From positions 864,001 to 928,000 of the forward strand of contig CAWGYA010000008.1 in assembly GCA_963826715.1 (NCBI GenBank): 64,000 nt of DNA, in the 5' to 3' direction. The stretch comes from Candidatus Bathyarchaeota archaeon. Lineage in GTDB: Archaea; Thermoproteota; Bathyarchaeia; Bathyarchaeales; Bathycorpusculaceae. The notes under the pieces were generated by a model. That model saw nothing but the letters and a program-made list of their open reading frames with translations, was not told where the DNA came from and searched no databases. Below are positions 18,951-28,892 of the stretch, one piece after another; the first letter of the stretch is position 1, and each line of letters opens with the position of its first letter. The position numbers and the translations under genes were made by a program.

Positions 18951-19708
18951 GTAGTATATTTTTCGCCTTCGTTTAAAATACGCTCTAGAATAGTGTTAAT
19001 GTTTATCATGCCTTCGTTGGTTTTAGAAGATACTGGCATAAGCAGAAACTTCAAACCCAAACGATTTATGGCTTGCATCATGTTTCGGCTGAAGAGGCGT
19101 TTTGTGCCTTCAAGTTTCTGTTCGATGGCATCTTCCAATGCCATAGAGTTTGCTGACCAAGACGCAATCATCTGGGCATCCTTTTTAGGGATAAGGTCGG
19201 TCTTGGAAATTATATGTAACTGTGGCTGGAAAAAGCGGTTGTAAACTGCCGCAGAGAGGAACATGTTGGAAACGTAATTTAGTGGGTTTATGGAGAAGAC
19301 AGCGTCGAAGAGATAAATCAATGCTTTGGGCTCTTTTGTTAATTCATTGACGATGTAGGGACCAGATGCGCGGAAAGCAAACAGCTCCATCTGTCCGGGG
19401 GTGTCTACCAAAACAATGTCAGCGTGGGCTTCTTCTATATCTCGGGTTAAATTCTCGATTTCATCTGCAATTAAATCTGCAGCCATTATGACGGCACCGT
19501 TTGGACCGAGATTGTATTTTTCCATTAGATCACCCACATCTACGTAGTTTCTAACATCTACGTCTGGTTGATATGGGAGCTTAAGCACGCCTGGGTCAAG
19601 GTTGACGACAGCTACGTCTTGCTTACTCATTTTTAGCCATTCGGCAAAGGCTGCGGTGAAAAGTGACTTGCCGCTGCCAGCAGTTCCAATAATAAATGCT
19701 AGAGGCAC
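18947..19708 (-). CDS. GPN-loop GTPase
   Basis: GTAGSGKS, NLDPG, LGPNG, DTPGQMELF. Confidence 0.93.
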   Translation of the reverse strand: MPLAFIIGTAGSGKSLFTAAFAEWLKMSKQDVAVVNLDPGVLKLPYQPDVDVRNYVDVGDLMEKYNLGPNGAVIMAADLIADEIENLTRDIEEAHADIVLVDTPGQMELFAFRASGPYIVNELTKEPKALIYLFDAVFSINPLNYVSNMFLSAAVYNRFFQPQLHIISKTDLIPKKDAQMIASWSANSMALEDAIEQKLEGTKRLFSRNMMQAINRLGLKFLLMPVSSKTNEGMININTILERILNEGEKYTT

Positions 19709-19891
19709 TGGGATATCTCCGTTACGATGTGTATTGATTGCAGTAATGAACCTTTCTACCTGAAGACCTCTTCCTAAAACTTACCATTATTTCTTCTATT
19801 TCAAATAGAAACTAAAAGAAGCGAATCACCAGGTACGCGTTCAAGACATATTGCTTTACAAAAAAATTAAAAAAGGAAAAGAAAATTTGTT

Positions 19892-20998
19892 TTATTCTAC
19901 TTTACCCATAGGGTTTGTCCGTAACCTCTCAAAATATTTGGGATCTTCCCTTAGCACTTTTGGTATGTAGTTGCAAGCGGGGTCTGATTCAAAGAGGTCC
20001 CCTGTATAGTATTCCGCGCGTGTTCTGCACCCACCGCAAATTTCTCGGTATTCGCAAACTCCGCATCTCCCTTTGAGGTTGTTCTTGTCTCGAAGTTTGA
20101 GGTGGAACTCACTTTTTTGCAAGTCATTCCAGGCGTCTCGAAGTTTCTTATCGTTGACGTTACCGATTCGGTACCCCTCATGGAAGCCGCAACTTCGATA
20201 ATCCCCGTTTTCCGTAATACCTATGTAGTTGCCGCCGATTGTGCATCTGCCCAAGTAGCCTTCGTTGAACCAGTCCCAAAAATTCACAGAGTTCTTCTGT
20301 TTAACGATCCGGGCGTAAAATGGTGAATAAACGTTTACTTTGACTTTACCATAGAGTCTGCTTTGGATTTCGTAGATTTCGTTGAATGCGACCTCGTATT
20401 GTTCGGGTGTTGGCGCTATGTCTTCCATGTGCTCGCCTGCGCGACCCACGGGAACAAGGTTGTGGTAAACAACTGAACGGGCTTTGTAGTCTTCTGCTAA
20501 CTTTGCTGTATGCGCCATCTGGTGGATGTTGTACTTAGTCATTGTTGTAACTAAGCAGTCAAGTAATCCTACACTGCTGAGTTTTTGCATCGCATGCAAA
20601 GCTTTATCATAGCCGCCCTTACGCCTAATTATATCATTTGTGTCTTTTTCTCCATCGATGCTGATGGCTGTTTTTACATTATATTTAGTTAGCTTGTTAA
20701 AACGCTCTTCATCCCATGCATAACCACTTGTTATTAAACTAACGTTTAGACCGTGTTCTTTCTCGGCATACTCGATGATTTCCCAGATGTCTGGACGAAC
20801 CAAAGGTTCTCCGCCGCTAATTCCGAACCATTGCGAACCGAACTCAGCTATTTCATCAACCATATGCTTAGCTTGTTCAGTGCTCAATTCCTGGTCCTTT
20901 GCATAATCTTTGATGTAACTGCAATAAGTGCAAGTGCCAACGCAATTTCGCGTACAACGCCAAACCACCATAAATAATGGTGCTGTAGTTGGATTCAT
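19892..20998 (-). CDS. Radical SAM/SPASM protein (NirJ/AhbC-D/PqqE-like) no. 1
   Basis: CVGTCTYC, SGGEPL, SPASM region CGVCEYREICGGCR...DPAC. Confidence 0.88.
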   Translation of the reverse strand: MNPTTAPLFMVVWRCTRNCVGTCTYCSYIKDYAKDQELSTEQAKHMVDEIAEFGSQWFGISGGEPLVRPDIWEIIEYAEKEHGLNVSLITSGYAWDEERFNKLTKYNVKTAISIDGEKDTNDIIRRKGGYDKALHAMQKLSSVGLLDCLVTTMTKYNIHQMAHTAKLAEDYKARSVVYHNLVPVGRAGEHMEDIAPTPEQYEVAFNEIYEIQSRLYGKVKVNVYSPFYARIVKQKNSVNFWDWFNEGYLGRCTIGGNYIGITENGDYRSCGFHEGYRIGNVNDKKLRDAWNDLQKSEFHLKLRDKNNLKGRCGVCEYREICGGCRTRAEYYTGDLFESDPACNYIPKVLREDPKYFERLRTNPMGKVE

Positions 20999-21103
20999 TT
21001 AATTCACAGTTCAAAGATAGATTTGGGTAGATGATATAAAACTTACTCTAAGAAACCGATTTTCGCTTAGGGCAGGATAATCATCAGAAAACTATAAATC
21101 CCA

Positions 21104-21613
21104 CTATTCAGGACTGCTGCTGCTTCTTCTTCGCCCAGACAAGACACCTTCAACCGCAAAAACTGCAAACGCTAAACCGGTCACAAGTGTTATGAGCAGA
21201 AAGAAAACTTTGAACTCCCATGTTTCAAACCTATAATGCAATATTAGAATCACTAATTCAATAACTAAACCGGTCAAAAATCCCAAAGCATAAACCCACA
21301 TTTTGGGAACCAAACGATGACCAATCCACACTTGCCCACGTAGATGAGCTTTTTTTTGTAGATAATATTCGCCGTTTTCATTTTTCTTTAAATAACCGAG
21401 GTCTTCGAGCTTCTGTAAGTGGCGATATGAGACACTTGGGCTGCTAAGATTCATGCCTTTGGTTACTTCTCTGGGACCTGTGGGTTTGGCGCGTTTTATT
21501 ACAAACAAATATACCTCTAAAGTTAATCCGCCCAGCTCGGTGAAATCGTTATTAGTCAAAGTTAGCCCACAATAAGATAGTTGCATTCTGCATGTATTAG
21601 TTTTCTCACTCAA
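21104..21613 (-). CDS. Winged-HTH regulator with two C-terminal TM helices
   Basis: GPREV...NLSSPSVSYRHLQKLEDLG; hydrophobic C-terminus; exact start uncertain. Confidence 0.7.
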   Translation of the reverse strand: MSEKTNTCRMQLSYCGLTLTNNDFTELGGLTLEVYLFVIKRAKPTGPREVTKGMNLSSPSVSYRHLQKLEDLGYLKKNENGEYYLQKKAHLRGQVWIGHRLVPKMWVYALGFLTGLVIELVILILHYRFETWEFKVFFLLITLVTGLAFAVFAVEGVLSGRRRSSSSPE

Positions 21614-21732
21614 GTGATCAACCTATCCATTTTTCTGCCTCTATCTTACAAATTATTGCATAAGAACGATCTTTTTATTTTTTTGGAAGAATCGCTTAAT
21701 ATGGAAATTGGGGTTTTCCGTTAACTTGCTTT

Positions 21733-21749
21733 CCGAAAAAGCTTAATAT
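21733..21749 (+). promoter_or_regulatory. BRE/TATA promoter of rnfD-rnfC
   Basis: CCGAAAAAG-CTTAATAT upstream of the gene; the same pattern occurs at 30124 and 45803. Confidence 0.5.
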
Positions 21750-21794
21750 CTTTGACTTTAAATAGTCATCTTCATTTGAGAAGGTAAAAACTAA

Positions 21795-22922
21795 ATGAGT
21801 AACGAATCCTCAAAAGAACTAGTCGTAAACCCAGCACCCCACATAACCTCGCCAATGTCTAAAACACGTCTAATGCAATACACCTTCTTTGCTATTCTCG
21901 CTGTCCTTGTTGTTTCAGCTGCATTATGGTCACAGGTCACAACTATCTCTGGATGGAACCTCGGCGTAACTGTCGCTATATGCGCGCTCATATCCGTAGG
22001 CTTAGCTGTTCTTGTCGACTTTATAATTGGTAAGTTTACTGTTGACAGTGAAGTAAACACGTGGTCCGCCGGAGTTTTCGGTTTAATTGTCACTGCTTGT
22101 TACACCCTCGGCGTGCCTGCTATGAACACCGAAATGGGCTTGCCTGTTGAAGCCCCCAGCGCATTCATTTATGTTGCTATTATCTCGCTTATTGGTATCG
22201 TGTTCTTCAAGAAAGTCATGAATTTAGCAGGAAGGAAACTGGTTAACCCCGCAGCTACCGCCAAATTCCTCGTGTTACTCCCCACGGTCACCACGACACT
22301 TCTAGCAATTGATCACCTCAAAACCGGGCCCCTTATGGTTCCATCATTAGCTGGACCCATAGGTAACGGCATGACAGCTATAGCAGGTAACGGTGCCGCA
22401 TCATTTGGTACCTACCTGCAAGGATGCTACGCCAATCCAGCAGCAATGGCTACTGGATTGCCAAGTTTTTCGGACCTTGCCAATTTGATGATTCTGGATA
22501 AGTTCCATGGATGGGTCGGAGGCGCCTCAAGTGTTGCAGTCATAGTCGCAGGCATTGCACTCTTCATCATCGCCCGCAAATACATCAAATGGAAGATCAC
22601 CGTCAGTTACCTAGTCGCCATCGCAATTCTCTCAGTGATATTCTCATTCATATACGCAGATAGCGATTTAATTACAAGGCTTCTCTTCGAGGTTTTCATC
22701 GGCAGCTCAATATTCATGGCGTTCTTTATGGCAACGGATCCAGCGACAACACCCTTCGGTAATCTTGGACAAATCATTTTCGGCGTTGGTCTGGCAATTC
22801 TGACCATTCTGATACAAACATATATGAACTTCTTTGGAGGCTCATTGCTAGCACTGATCATAATGAACTTGACAGTACCGCTTATTGACCGCTTTACAAT
22901 TCGGAAACCCTTTGGGAGATGA
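21795..22922 (+). CDS. rnfD: RnfD/NqrB-family membrane subunit
   Basis: PAPHI N-terminus, VNPA, AFFMATDPATTP, IMNLTVPLIDR; about 10 TM helices. Confidence 0.85.
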   Translation: MSNESSKELVVNPAPHITSPMSKTRLMQYTFFAILAVLVVSAALWSQVTTISGWNLGVTVAICALISVGLAVLVDFIIGKFTVDSEVNTWSAGVFGLIVTACYTLGVPAMNTEMGLPVEAPSAFIYVAIISLIGIVFFKKVMNLAGRKLVNPAATAKFLVLLPTVTTTLLAIDHLKTGPLMVPSLAGPIGNGMTAIAGNGAASFGTYLQGCYANPAAMATGLPSFSDLANLMILDKFHGWVGGASSVAVIVAGIALFIIARKYIKWKITVSYLVAIAILSVIFSFIYADSDLITRLLFEVFIGSSIFMAFFMATDPATTPFGNLGQIIFGVGLAILTILIQTYMNFFGGSLLALIIMNLTVPLIDRFTIRKPFGR

Positions 22923-24214
22923 TTAAAATGGCAAATCTTGTTCCTATAAAAGAGCATAAAGAGAAAGCACGAATTACACCCATCGAAATCTTCCCAGACC
23001 CTAAAATTGCAGTTGTCTTAACTAACCAACAATCAGGGGCAACCAATACTCCCCTGGTCGAAGTTGGCGACTCTGTTATCATTGGGCAAAAAATTGCAGA
23101 CTCCAAAGAACGCGTTAGTGCACCTGTCCACAGTCCCATCTGCGGTAAAGTCATAAAAATTGCAAATGTCTACAACAGTTGCTATAGTACTGTTACCGAA
23201 GCCATTTTTATTGAAAATGACGGAAAAAAAACTAAAGACAAATCCTTACCTCCAATATCCGAAGCTGAACTCGAAAAAACTTCAAACGAAGTCTTGCTGA
23301 AACGAATACGCGAAGCAGGCATTATTGGATTAGGTGGCGCAGGTTTTCCGACTAGCATCAAACTGTCAGTGCCCAAAGACAAACCTATAAAAACCATTAT
23401 CGTTAACGGCGCAGAAGGCGAACCCTACGACACAGCAGACGAGCGACTGATGATTGAGAAAACCGAGAACCTACTACGCGGCGTCAAAGTCCTGCGTAAG
23501 CTTCTGGGCAACCCCAAAGTTATCGTCGCAACAAAAGATAGCAAAGTTGAAGCTATTCCTAAACTTAAAGAGGTATTCGGCAAAGAAGTAGACACCCAAG
23601 TCATCGCAAAACACCTTACTTATCAGCAGGGTGACGCAGCTGTACTACAGAAAGCAATCTTAGACTACGAGACACCAGCCGGCAAACGCTCATATGAAAT
23701 GGGCACCATAGTCCAGAACGTTGCCACACTTAACGCTATCGCAAACGCAGTCTTTGAAGGTGAACCTTTAATCTCTAGAGTTACCACAATTAATGGGGAT
23801 GTATCGGAACCAAAGAATCTGCTCGTAAAAATCGGTACTCCAATAAACGACATCTTAATCGCGAATAATGTTGATGTAAACGATCTCGGTCAAGTTGTTG
23901 TTGGAGGAGTAATGATGGGTGACGCGATTCAGACAATTGATGCGCCAATAACCAAGAGAACTTCAAGTATCATCGTCTTTGCAAAAAGCAAACAGAAAAA
24001 AGGTCAAAAAACTACTGCTTGTATACACTGCTCAAGATGCATTTCGGCATGTCCTGTAAGATTGCAACCAGCATTGATTTACGCTGCTGTAATGAAAGGT
24101 GATTTTATTAAGGCTGAGAAACTCTGGGCAAAGGATTGTATTAAATGTGGAACTTGCTCTTACGTTTGTCCGTCTAGATTGCCGCTGGCTTCGACTATAA
24201 AATCGGTAAGCTAA
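22919..24214 (+). CDS. rnfC: RnfC/PduS-family flavin and Fe-S oxidoreductase
   Basis: SAPVHSPICG, GIIGLGGAGFPT, NGAEGEPY, CIHCSRCISACP, CIKCGTCSYVCPS. Confidence 0.9.
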   Translation: MIKMANLVPIKEHKEKARITPIEIFPDPKIAVVLTNQQSGATNTPLVEVGDSVIIGQKIADSKERVSAPVHSPICGKVIKIANVYNSCYSTVTEAIFIENDGKKTKDKSLPPISEAELEKTSNEVLLKRIREAGIIGLGGAGFPTSIKLSVPKDKPIKTIIVNGAEGEPYDTADERLMIEKTENLLRGVKVLRKLLGNPKVIVATKDSKVEAIPKLKEVFGKEVDTQVIAKHLTYQQGDAAVLQKAILDYETPAGKRSYEMGTIVQNVATLNAIANAVFEGEPLISRVTTINGDVSEPKNLLVKIGTPINDILIANNVDVNDLGQVVVGGVMMGDAIQTIDAPITKRTSSIIVFAKSKQKKGQKTTACIHCSRCISACPVRLQPALIYAAVMKGDFIKAEKLWAKDCIKCGTCSYVCPSRLPLASTIKSVS

Positions 24215-24389
24215 GGTGCCTGGTAAAACCTAAAACTTCACCTCTTTCTTTATCTTTTTTAAATAAATGAATTCGTAACATAATTCGAAAAACCCTGTTT
24301 AGTTTTCAATGATAGCTTAACGGCTAAGCCTGCAAGCATTAAGCTTATATTTACGCCGCAACGTAAATAATTGTCAAAGGGATTAAAAA

Positions 24390-25139
24390 TTGGAAACACA
24401 AAAATTTAAACTTGCAGACATACTGTTCGGCGTAGGCATACCACTGATTCTGGCACTTCTGATTTATGTGCTTGCAGTATACGTTAACCCAGGCGGAGCA
24501 AATCATGTTTTTGGCGTTGAAGGCTTAGGCGGTACTATCGGTGTCATTTTAAGTCAAGGCTTTGCACAAATGATTATTCTCGGAATTCCTCTTGTACTAG
24601 GCTTACTATGGAATAAATGGGCAGGCGGCGCAGCAGGCTTCATCATGGGCGGATTATATTACGTTGCATCCGCAGGTCATTACAACGCTCTATTCGCAAT
24701 GGGCGGAATGGCCAGCGTAACTGTACCAGTAACTAACGACACATTGGCAGGAATTGCAAACGGCACAATCACATCACTTGCAGGTTCTGGCTTCTCGTCA
24801 GTACCCTACAACTATTTCGGCGACATCAGTGTCCTCTTCTGGATCGTTTATGGTGTTATGATTGGATACATGTCAGGTGCATTAACTAACGGAAATACAA
24901 ACTTCAAACGCATGCTAGGTGCAGGCTTAACCGCTTCGATAATTGTTGCAGTACTCCAAGCTTACATGAACTACTATGTTTCACTGGAGCCGTCAAGAGC
25001 AATGGCGCAAGGCAGTTGGGTAGCAGATCCAGTAAATGCCTTTATAATCGCTTTCGTGCCAGGCATTGCCTTAGGTGTAATTGTACCAATCTTAGCGAAA
25101 GTTATGACTTGGTATGGTTTGCAGCCGATGAGGCATTAA
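24390..25139 (+). CDS. Uncharacterised membrane protein (ECF S-component-like topology)
   Basis: About six Gly-rich TM helices, including GLLWNKWAGGAAGFIMGG. Confidence 0.55.
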   Translation: METQKFKLADILFGVGIPLILALLIYVLAVYVNPGGANHVFGVEGLGGTIGVILSQGFAQMIILGIPLVLGLLWNKWAGGAAGFIMGGLYYVASAGHYNALFAMGGMASVTVPVTNDTLAGIANGTITSLAGSGFSSVPYNYFGDISVLFWIVYGVMIGYMSGALTNGNTNFKRMLGAGLTASIIVAVLQAYMNYYVSLEPSRAMAQGSWVADPVNAFIIAFVPGIALGVIVPILAKVMTWYGLQPMRH

Positions 25140-25217
25140 ACTCCCATTCTTCTTTTCTTTTTTGTAAACCAAAAAAATTCTGAACTAAAAAATAAGAAAA
25201 ATTAGAAATTATTCTTT

Positions 25218-26495
25218 TTAATGATTAGGTGCGAATTCCCATGCGATGTTTCCCTTGTAGATCGCGCCAAGTTTGGTTATTCGGATTTCTTTATCGTCGA
25301 TTTCAATAAGTCCTTTTTCCTGTAACTTTGCGAGTTGCTTTGGAAATACCTTCTCGGGTGTAGTGCTGAATTTTTCCATGAACTCTTTCTTGCTTACTGG
25401 TAGTCGTAGGTACAGTCTTGTCATGGTTCGACGCATCATGTCCTCAGTTGTGGATTCGGAGAGTCTGCAAATCGGAAGTTTGTCTGCCTTGACGGCTTCC
25501 ATGTAGTCATTAATGTTTTCGATGTTTGAATAGGAAAATTTCTGTAGATATCCCATGAAGCAGCCAGCGCCTGTTGTTAGTATTCCTCCCCAAGGCCAGC
25601 CATTAAGGCAGTTTTCTCTCATGTGCCATTCAACTCGGCTGTAGCGATCATGCCCCACCGCTTTGTAGCCTGCGTCTGTCAGCATTTGTTGTGCCATAAG
25701 AAACATTTGTTTCTCGTATTCTGCATCTCCTTGTGGGGGGGAAGTGCCGTTTTTTATCATCTTCTCTAGAATTGTTCCGGGGTCAACATGCAGCGAGTAA
25801 GCGTCGACTTCGGCGTCAAGCTCGATGGTTTTCTTAAGAGTTGCTATCCAACTTTCCATGGTTTGTCCAGGCAGGTTATACATGAGGTCTACGCATACGA
25901 CCAGCCCAAGTTTTCTAGCATGCTTTATGGCTGCTTCAACGTCGGCGGCGCTGTCGGGCAAGCATAGTGCTTTGCGAAGTTTATTGTCGAAGGTTTGAGC
26001 GCCCATATCCATCTGGTATACGCCGTATTCTGCAAGTTTATCGATTTTGTGAAGTGCTAACGTTTTGGAGGAGCCAGTGACTTTGATAAAATATTCTTTG
26101 CTGGTAGTGAAGTTGTTTTTGCAGAAATCGATTAAATCAATTATTTGTTCAGCGCTCAGTACGCTGGGGGTTCCGCCGCCCAAGACGATTTCGTCGAAAA
26201 CGCTTGTCTGTACATATCTTGTTTTTGAGTACATAGCAAGCTCTTTTTTGAGCAAGTTCAAGTATGGTTCGATTTGGACTTTGTTGGATGCGGTAGTTGG
26301 AAAATAGCAAAATGCGCATCTGGAGTCGCATACTGAAACCCATGGCTGCAGTTCCATGAGTCTGCCTGAAGTGTTTTCGGTGTTGAGAAACTTAATGAAT
26401 GCGTCGTAGGTTTCGGGTTTAATGTCGGGGTAATCCCTGTAAGTGTATGGAGGCCAGTTTTCTCTGGAATCGTAAACTTCAGAGGTTTTAGTCAT
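25218..26495 (-). CDS. HemN-like (class C type) radical SAM protein
   Basis: CDSRCAFC, LGGGTPS, GAQTFD, DLMYNLPGQT; HemN-like C-terminal domain. Confidence 0.88.
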   Translation of the reverse strand: MTKTSEVYDSRENWPPYTYRDYPDIKPETYDAFIKFLNTENTSGRLMELQPWVSVCDSRCAFCYFPTTASNKVQIEPYLNLLKKELAMYSKTRYVQTSVFDEIVLGGGTPSVLSAEQIIDLIDFCKNNFTTSKEYFIKVTGSSKTLALHKIDKLAEYGVYQMDMGAQTFDNKLRKALCLPDSAADVEAAIKHARKLGLVVCVDLMYNLPGQTMESWIATLKKTIELDAEVDAYSLHVDPGTILEKMIKNGTSPPQGDAEYEKQMFLMAQQMLTDAGYKAVGHDRYSRVEWHMRENCLNGWPWGGILTTGAGCFMGYLQKFSYSNIENINDYMEAVKADKLPICRLSESTTEDMMRRTMTRLYLRLPVSKKEFMEKFSTTPEKVFPKQLAKLQEKGLIEIDDKEIRITKLGAIYKGNIAWEFAPNH

Positions 26496-26621
26496 TAGTC
26501 TTCCTCATGTTGTAGTGTAAAAGCCGCTCGATTGCGTAATAAAGTTTCCGTAAAAACGGTTAATTAACTAAAAATAGGTTAAAAACCTTGAATCTGTAGC
26601 TGTTCTCTTTTGTTGTGGCTA

Positions 26622-27392
26622 TCAGGTTACTGTGGTAATCCATAAGGTTTCAAATGATGTTTTTGCTAATTTGATAACTGTTGGGTTGTTAGTCCAGAGG
26701 CTGGGAACCATGGTTTCTGAAATTTTTATGATGGCTTCTTTATTGTCAAAAATTAAAAACACATACGGTATAGTTGTTTCAACATATCGGATTTCAAACA
26801 ATGGATTTTTGCATAAAATTTGTTGGTTCTTTGTTAGTTTAAAGCTGCTTTTTTCTGTTATTATGCTTATTTTTACTCCTCGTTCTACTGCCGCCTTGAA
26901 GGTGTTGGAATAGTTGAAAAGCATGATTTTTATGTCGTCGGTTGTTAAAATTGCCTTTACGTTCAATTTAGTTCCTGCAATTTTGTCATCAATTTTTTTC
27001 TGCAATAGACTCCTCTCTGAGGTTAAAACAAACTGGTTTACTTCTTCGCTTTCCTCTTCTTCTTCGTCTATGTCTGGTTGGGATTCTAAATGCTTTACTT
27101 TTTCTTGAAGTGTTGAGCATAGGCTTGTTTTTTTCTCAAGTAACTTTCTGGACCCCTCATTTATTGGGATAGCCCTATAGATAATGGGTGTAGCCATTAG
27201 TTTTTCTACTATTCCGATTCTTTCGAGTTCAGGCATAATGCGGTAAATATCTTGGCGGGCAATACCGGAGATCTTGGCGACTTTTTTTGCTTCTGCTTTT
27301 TTTAGCGCCGTAAGAGCTAAGTAGGCTTTTGCCTGAGAGCAGGTTAACCCTAAATCTATGAGTAAATTTATTGTATCATCATTAGACAACAT
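26622..27392 (-). CDS. TrmB-family transcriptional regulator
   Basis: LGLT..QAKAYLAL...SGIARQDIYRIM.EL..IGIVEK; C-terminal IFDNKEA effector domain. Confidence 0.88.
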   Translation of the reverse strand: MLSNDDTINLLIDLGLTCSQAKAYLALTALKKAEAKKVAKISGIARQDIYRIMPELERIGIVEKLMATPIIYRAIPINEGSRKLLEKKTSLCSTLQEKVKHLESQPDIDEEEEESEEVNQFVLTSERSLLQKKIDDKIAGTKLNVKAILTTDDIKIMLFNYSNTFKAAVERGVKISIITEKSSFKLTKNQQILCKNPLFEIRYVETTIPYVFLIFDNKEAIIKISETMVPSLWTNNPTVIKLAKTSFETLWITTVT

Positions 27393-27484
27393 AGATTTCT
27401 GTGCTTCTGCGTTTTTTGATATCTACACATTAACACTAGAATTAAAAACTTTGGTTGGGTTAAGCAAAGTGATCCTTTCTTAAC

Positions 27485-28888
27485 TTAAAGACGATTTTTC
27501 GCTCGCCACAGCATATAGTTAACGGCGGTTCGTGCCATAATTTTACTGTAGAGGTTTCCTTTAAAATAGCCCTTGATGGTTTGGTGTAGAATATATTTTG
27601 GCGTGTAGAATTTATTGTAAAAGTCTCTGCGCATCTCCGCAATTTGGCTGGCGGGTAATGCGGGGTCCTCAAAAATGGGGTTCATTGTGTTGTAGAGTTC
27701 CCATTTTTCTGACATATTCCAGCCATTTTTCTGTACGATTTCTCGGAGGCAGGTTCCTGGGTAGGGTGTTGCATGGCATAGCCAGACTTCATCAGGTTCC
27801 ACTTTGCGAACAAAATCCAAGGTTTCCTGTAGAGTTTCTTTGGTTTCGCGTGGATAGCCTAGAATTACAGAGACCGTAACGAAAATGCCTACTTCCTTGG
27901 TCCATTTAATTGCATTTTCAATTTGCTGTGTTGAAACACGCTTGTTGAGCACATCCCGCATTCGTTGACATCCTGCTTCGACACCGTACATGGTTTCGTC
28001 GCAGTGAGCCTTCTTCATCTTAGTTAAGACTTCTTTTGTGACAACATCTGCTCGGGTTCCACAGCCCCAATGTAGCCCAATTTTGCGTTCAATCATTCCG
28101 TCACAAATGTCCATGGTGCGTTTCTTATCAAAGGTTAATGTATCGTCTTGGAATGTTATGCCCTCTGCCCCGTATTCGTCTCTGAGCCACTCTAACTCAT
28201 CCAAAACATTTTTTGGACTTCTAGCGCGAAATTGTTGACCGAACATTTGGCTGGCAACACAGAAGGGACATTTGAAGGGGCACCCTCGACTGCTGATGAT
28301 TGGGAGCAGGTTTCGACCGGTAATGTTGTATTTTTTCATGGGTAACAGGTGGTAGGCTGGTTTTGGAAGCGCGTCAAGGTTTTGAATGTAGGATCTGGGG
28401 GCGGTTTGTATGATTTGGTGATCTTTGCGAAAGGTGATGCCTTTAACGTCGCTTAGTTTGTTATTTTTCGCTAATTCAACGATTGTTTCTTCCCCTTCGC
28501 CACGTACGATGATGTCTACGGCTTTTTCGCTTTCTAAAATTTCTGAATCTGCAAAGGTGGCGTGTGGTCCGCCCATCAAAACTTGGGCATCTGGCAAGGC
28601 TTCTTTGGTTATTCTTGCACATTGAAGCGCTGACTCAATTGTTGGAGTCATGGATCCGACGCCTACCATGGTTGGTTTGTATGTTTCGAGTTCAGCTTTG
28701 ATTTGTTTGTGGTCAAAGCCAAGGACTGGTGAATCGATGATTTTTACTTCAAAATTGTTCTGCTCTAAAACTGCTGCCATGTAGGCTAAGCCGAGAGGTG
28801 GATAAAGGGGGTGATGGGCAACCTTCTGGGTGATCGGTGGTGTTACTAGAACTATTTTTTGTTTGGTTGCATTCATCACATTACCCAT
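27485..28888 (-). CDS. B12-binding radical SAM protein (class B) no. 3
   Basis: PPLGLAYMAA, GGPHAT, SRGCPFKCPFC, TPYPGT. Confidence 0.92.
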   Translation of the reverse strand: MGNVMNATKQKIVLVTPPITQKVAHHPLYPPLGLAYMAAVLEQNNFEVKIIDSPVLGFDHKQIKAELETYKPTMVGVGSMTPTIESALQCARITKEALPDAQVLMGGPHATFADSEILESEKAVDIIVRGEGEETIVELAKNNKLSDVKGITFRKDHQIIQTAPRSYIQNLDALPKPAYHLLPMKKYNITGRNLLPIISSRGCPFKCPFCVASQMFGQQFRARSPKNVLDELEWLRDEYGAEGITFQDDTLTFDKKRTMDICDGMIERKIGLHWGCGTRADVVTKEVLTKMKKAHCDETMYGVEAGCQRMRDVLNKRVSTQQIENAIKWTKEVGIFVTVSVILGYPRETKETLQETLDFVRKVEPDEVWLCHATPYPGTCLREIVQKNGWNMSEKWELYNTMNPIFEDPALPASQIAEMRRDFYNKFYTPKYILHQTIKGYFKGNLYSKIMARTAVNYMLWRAKNRL

Positions 28889-28892
28889 TAGG

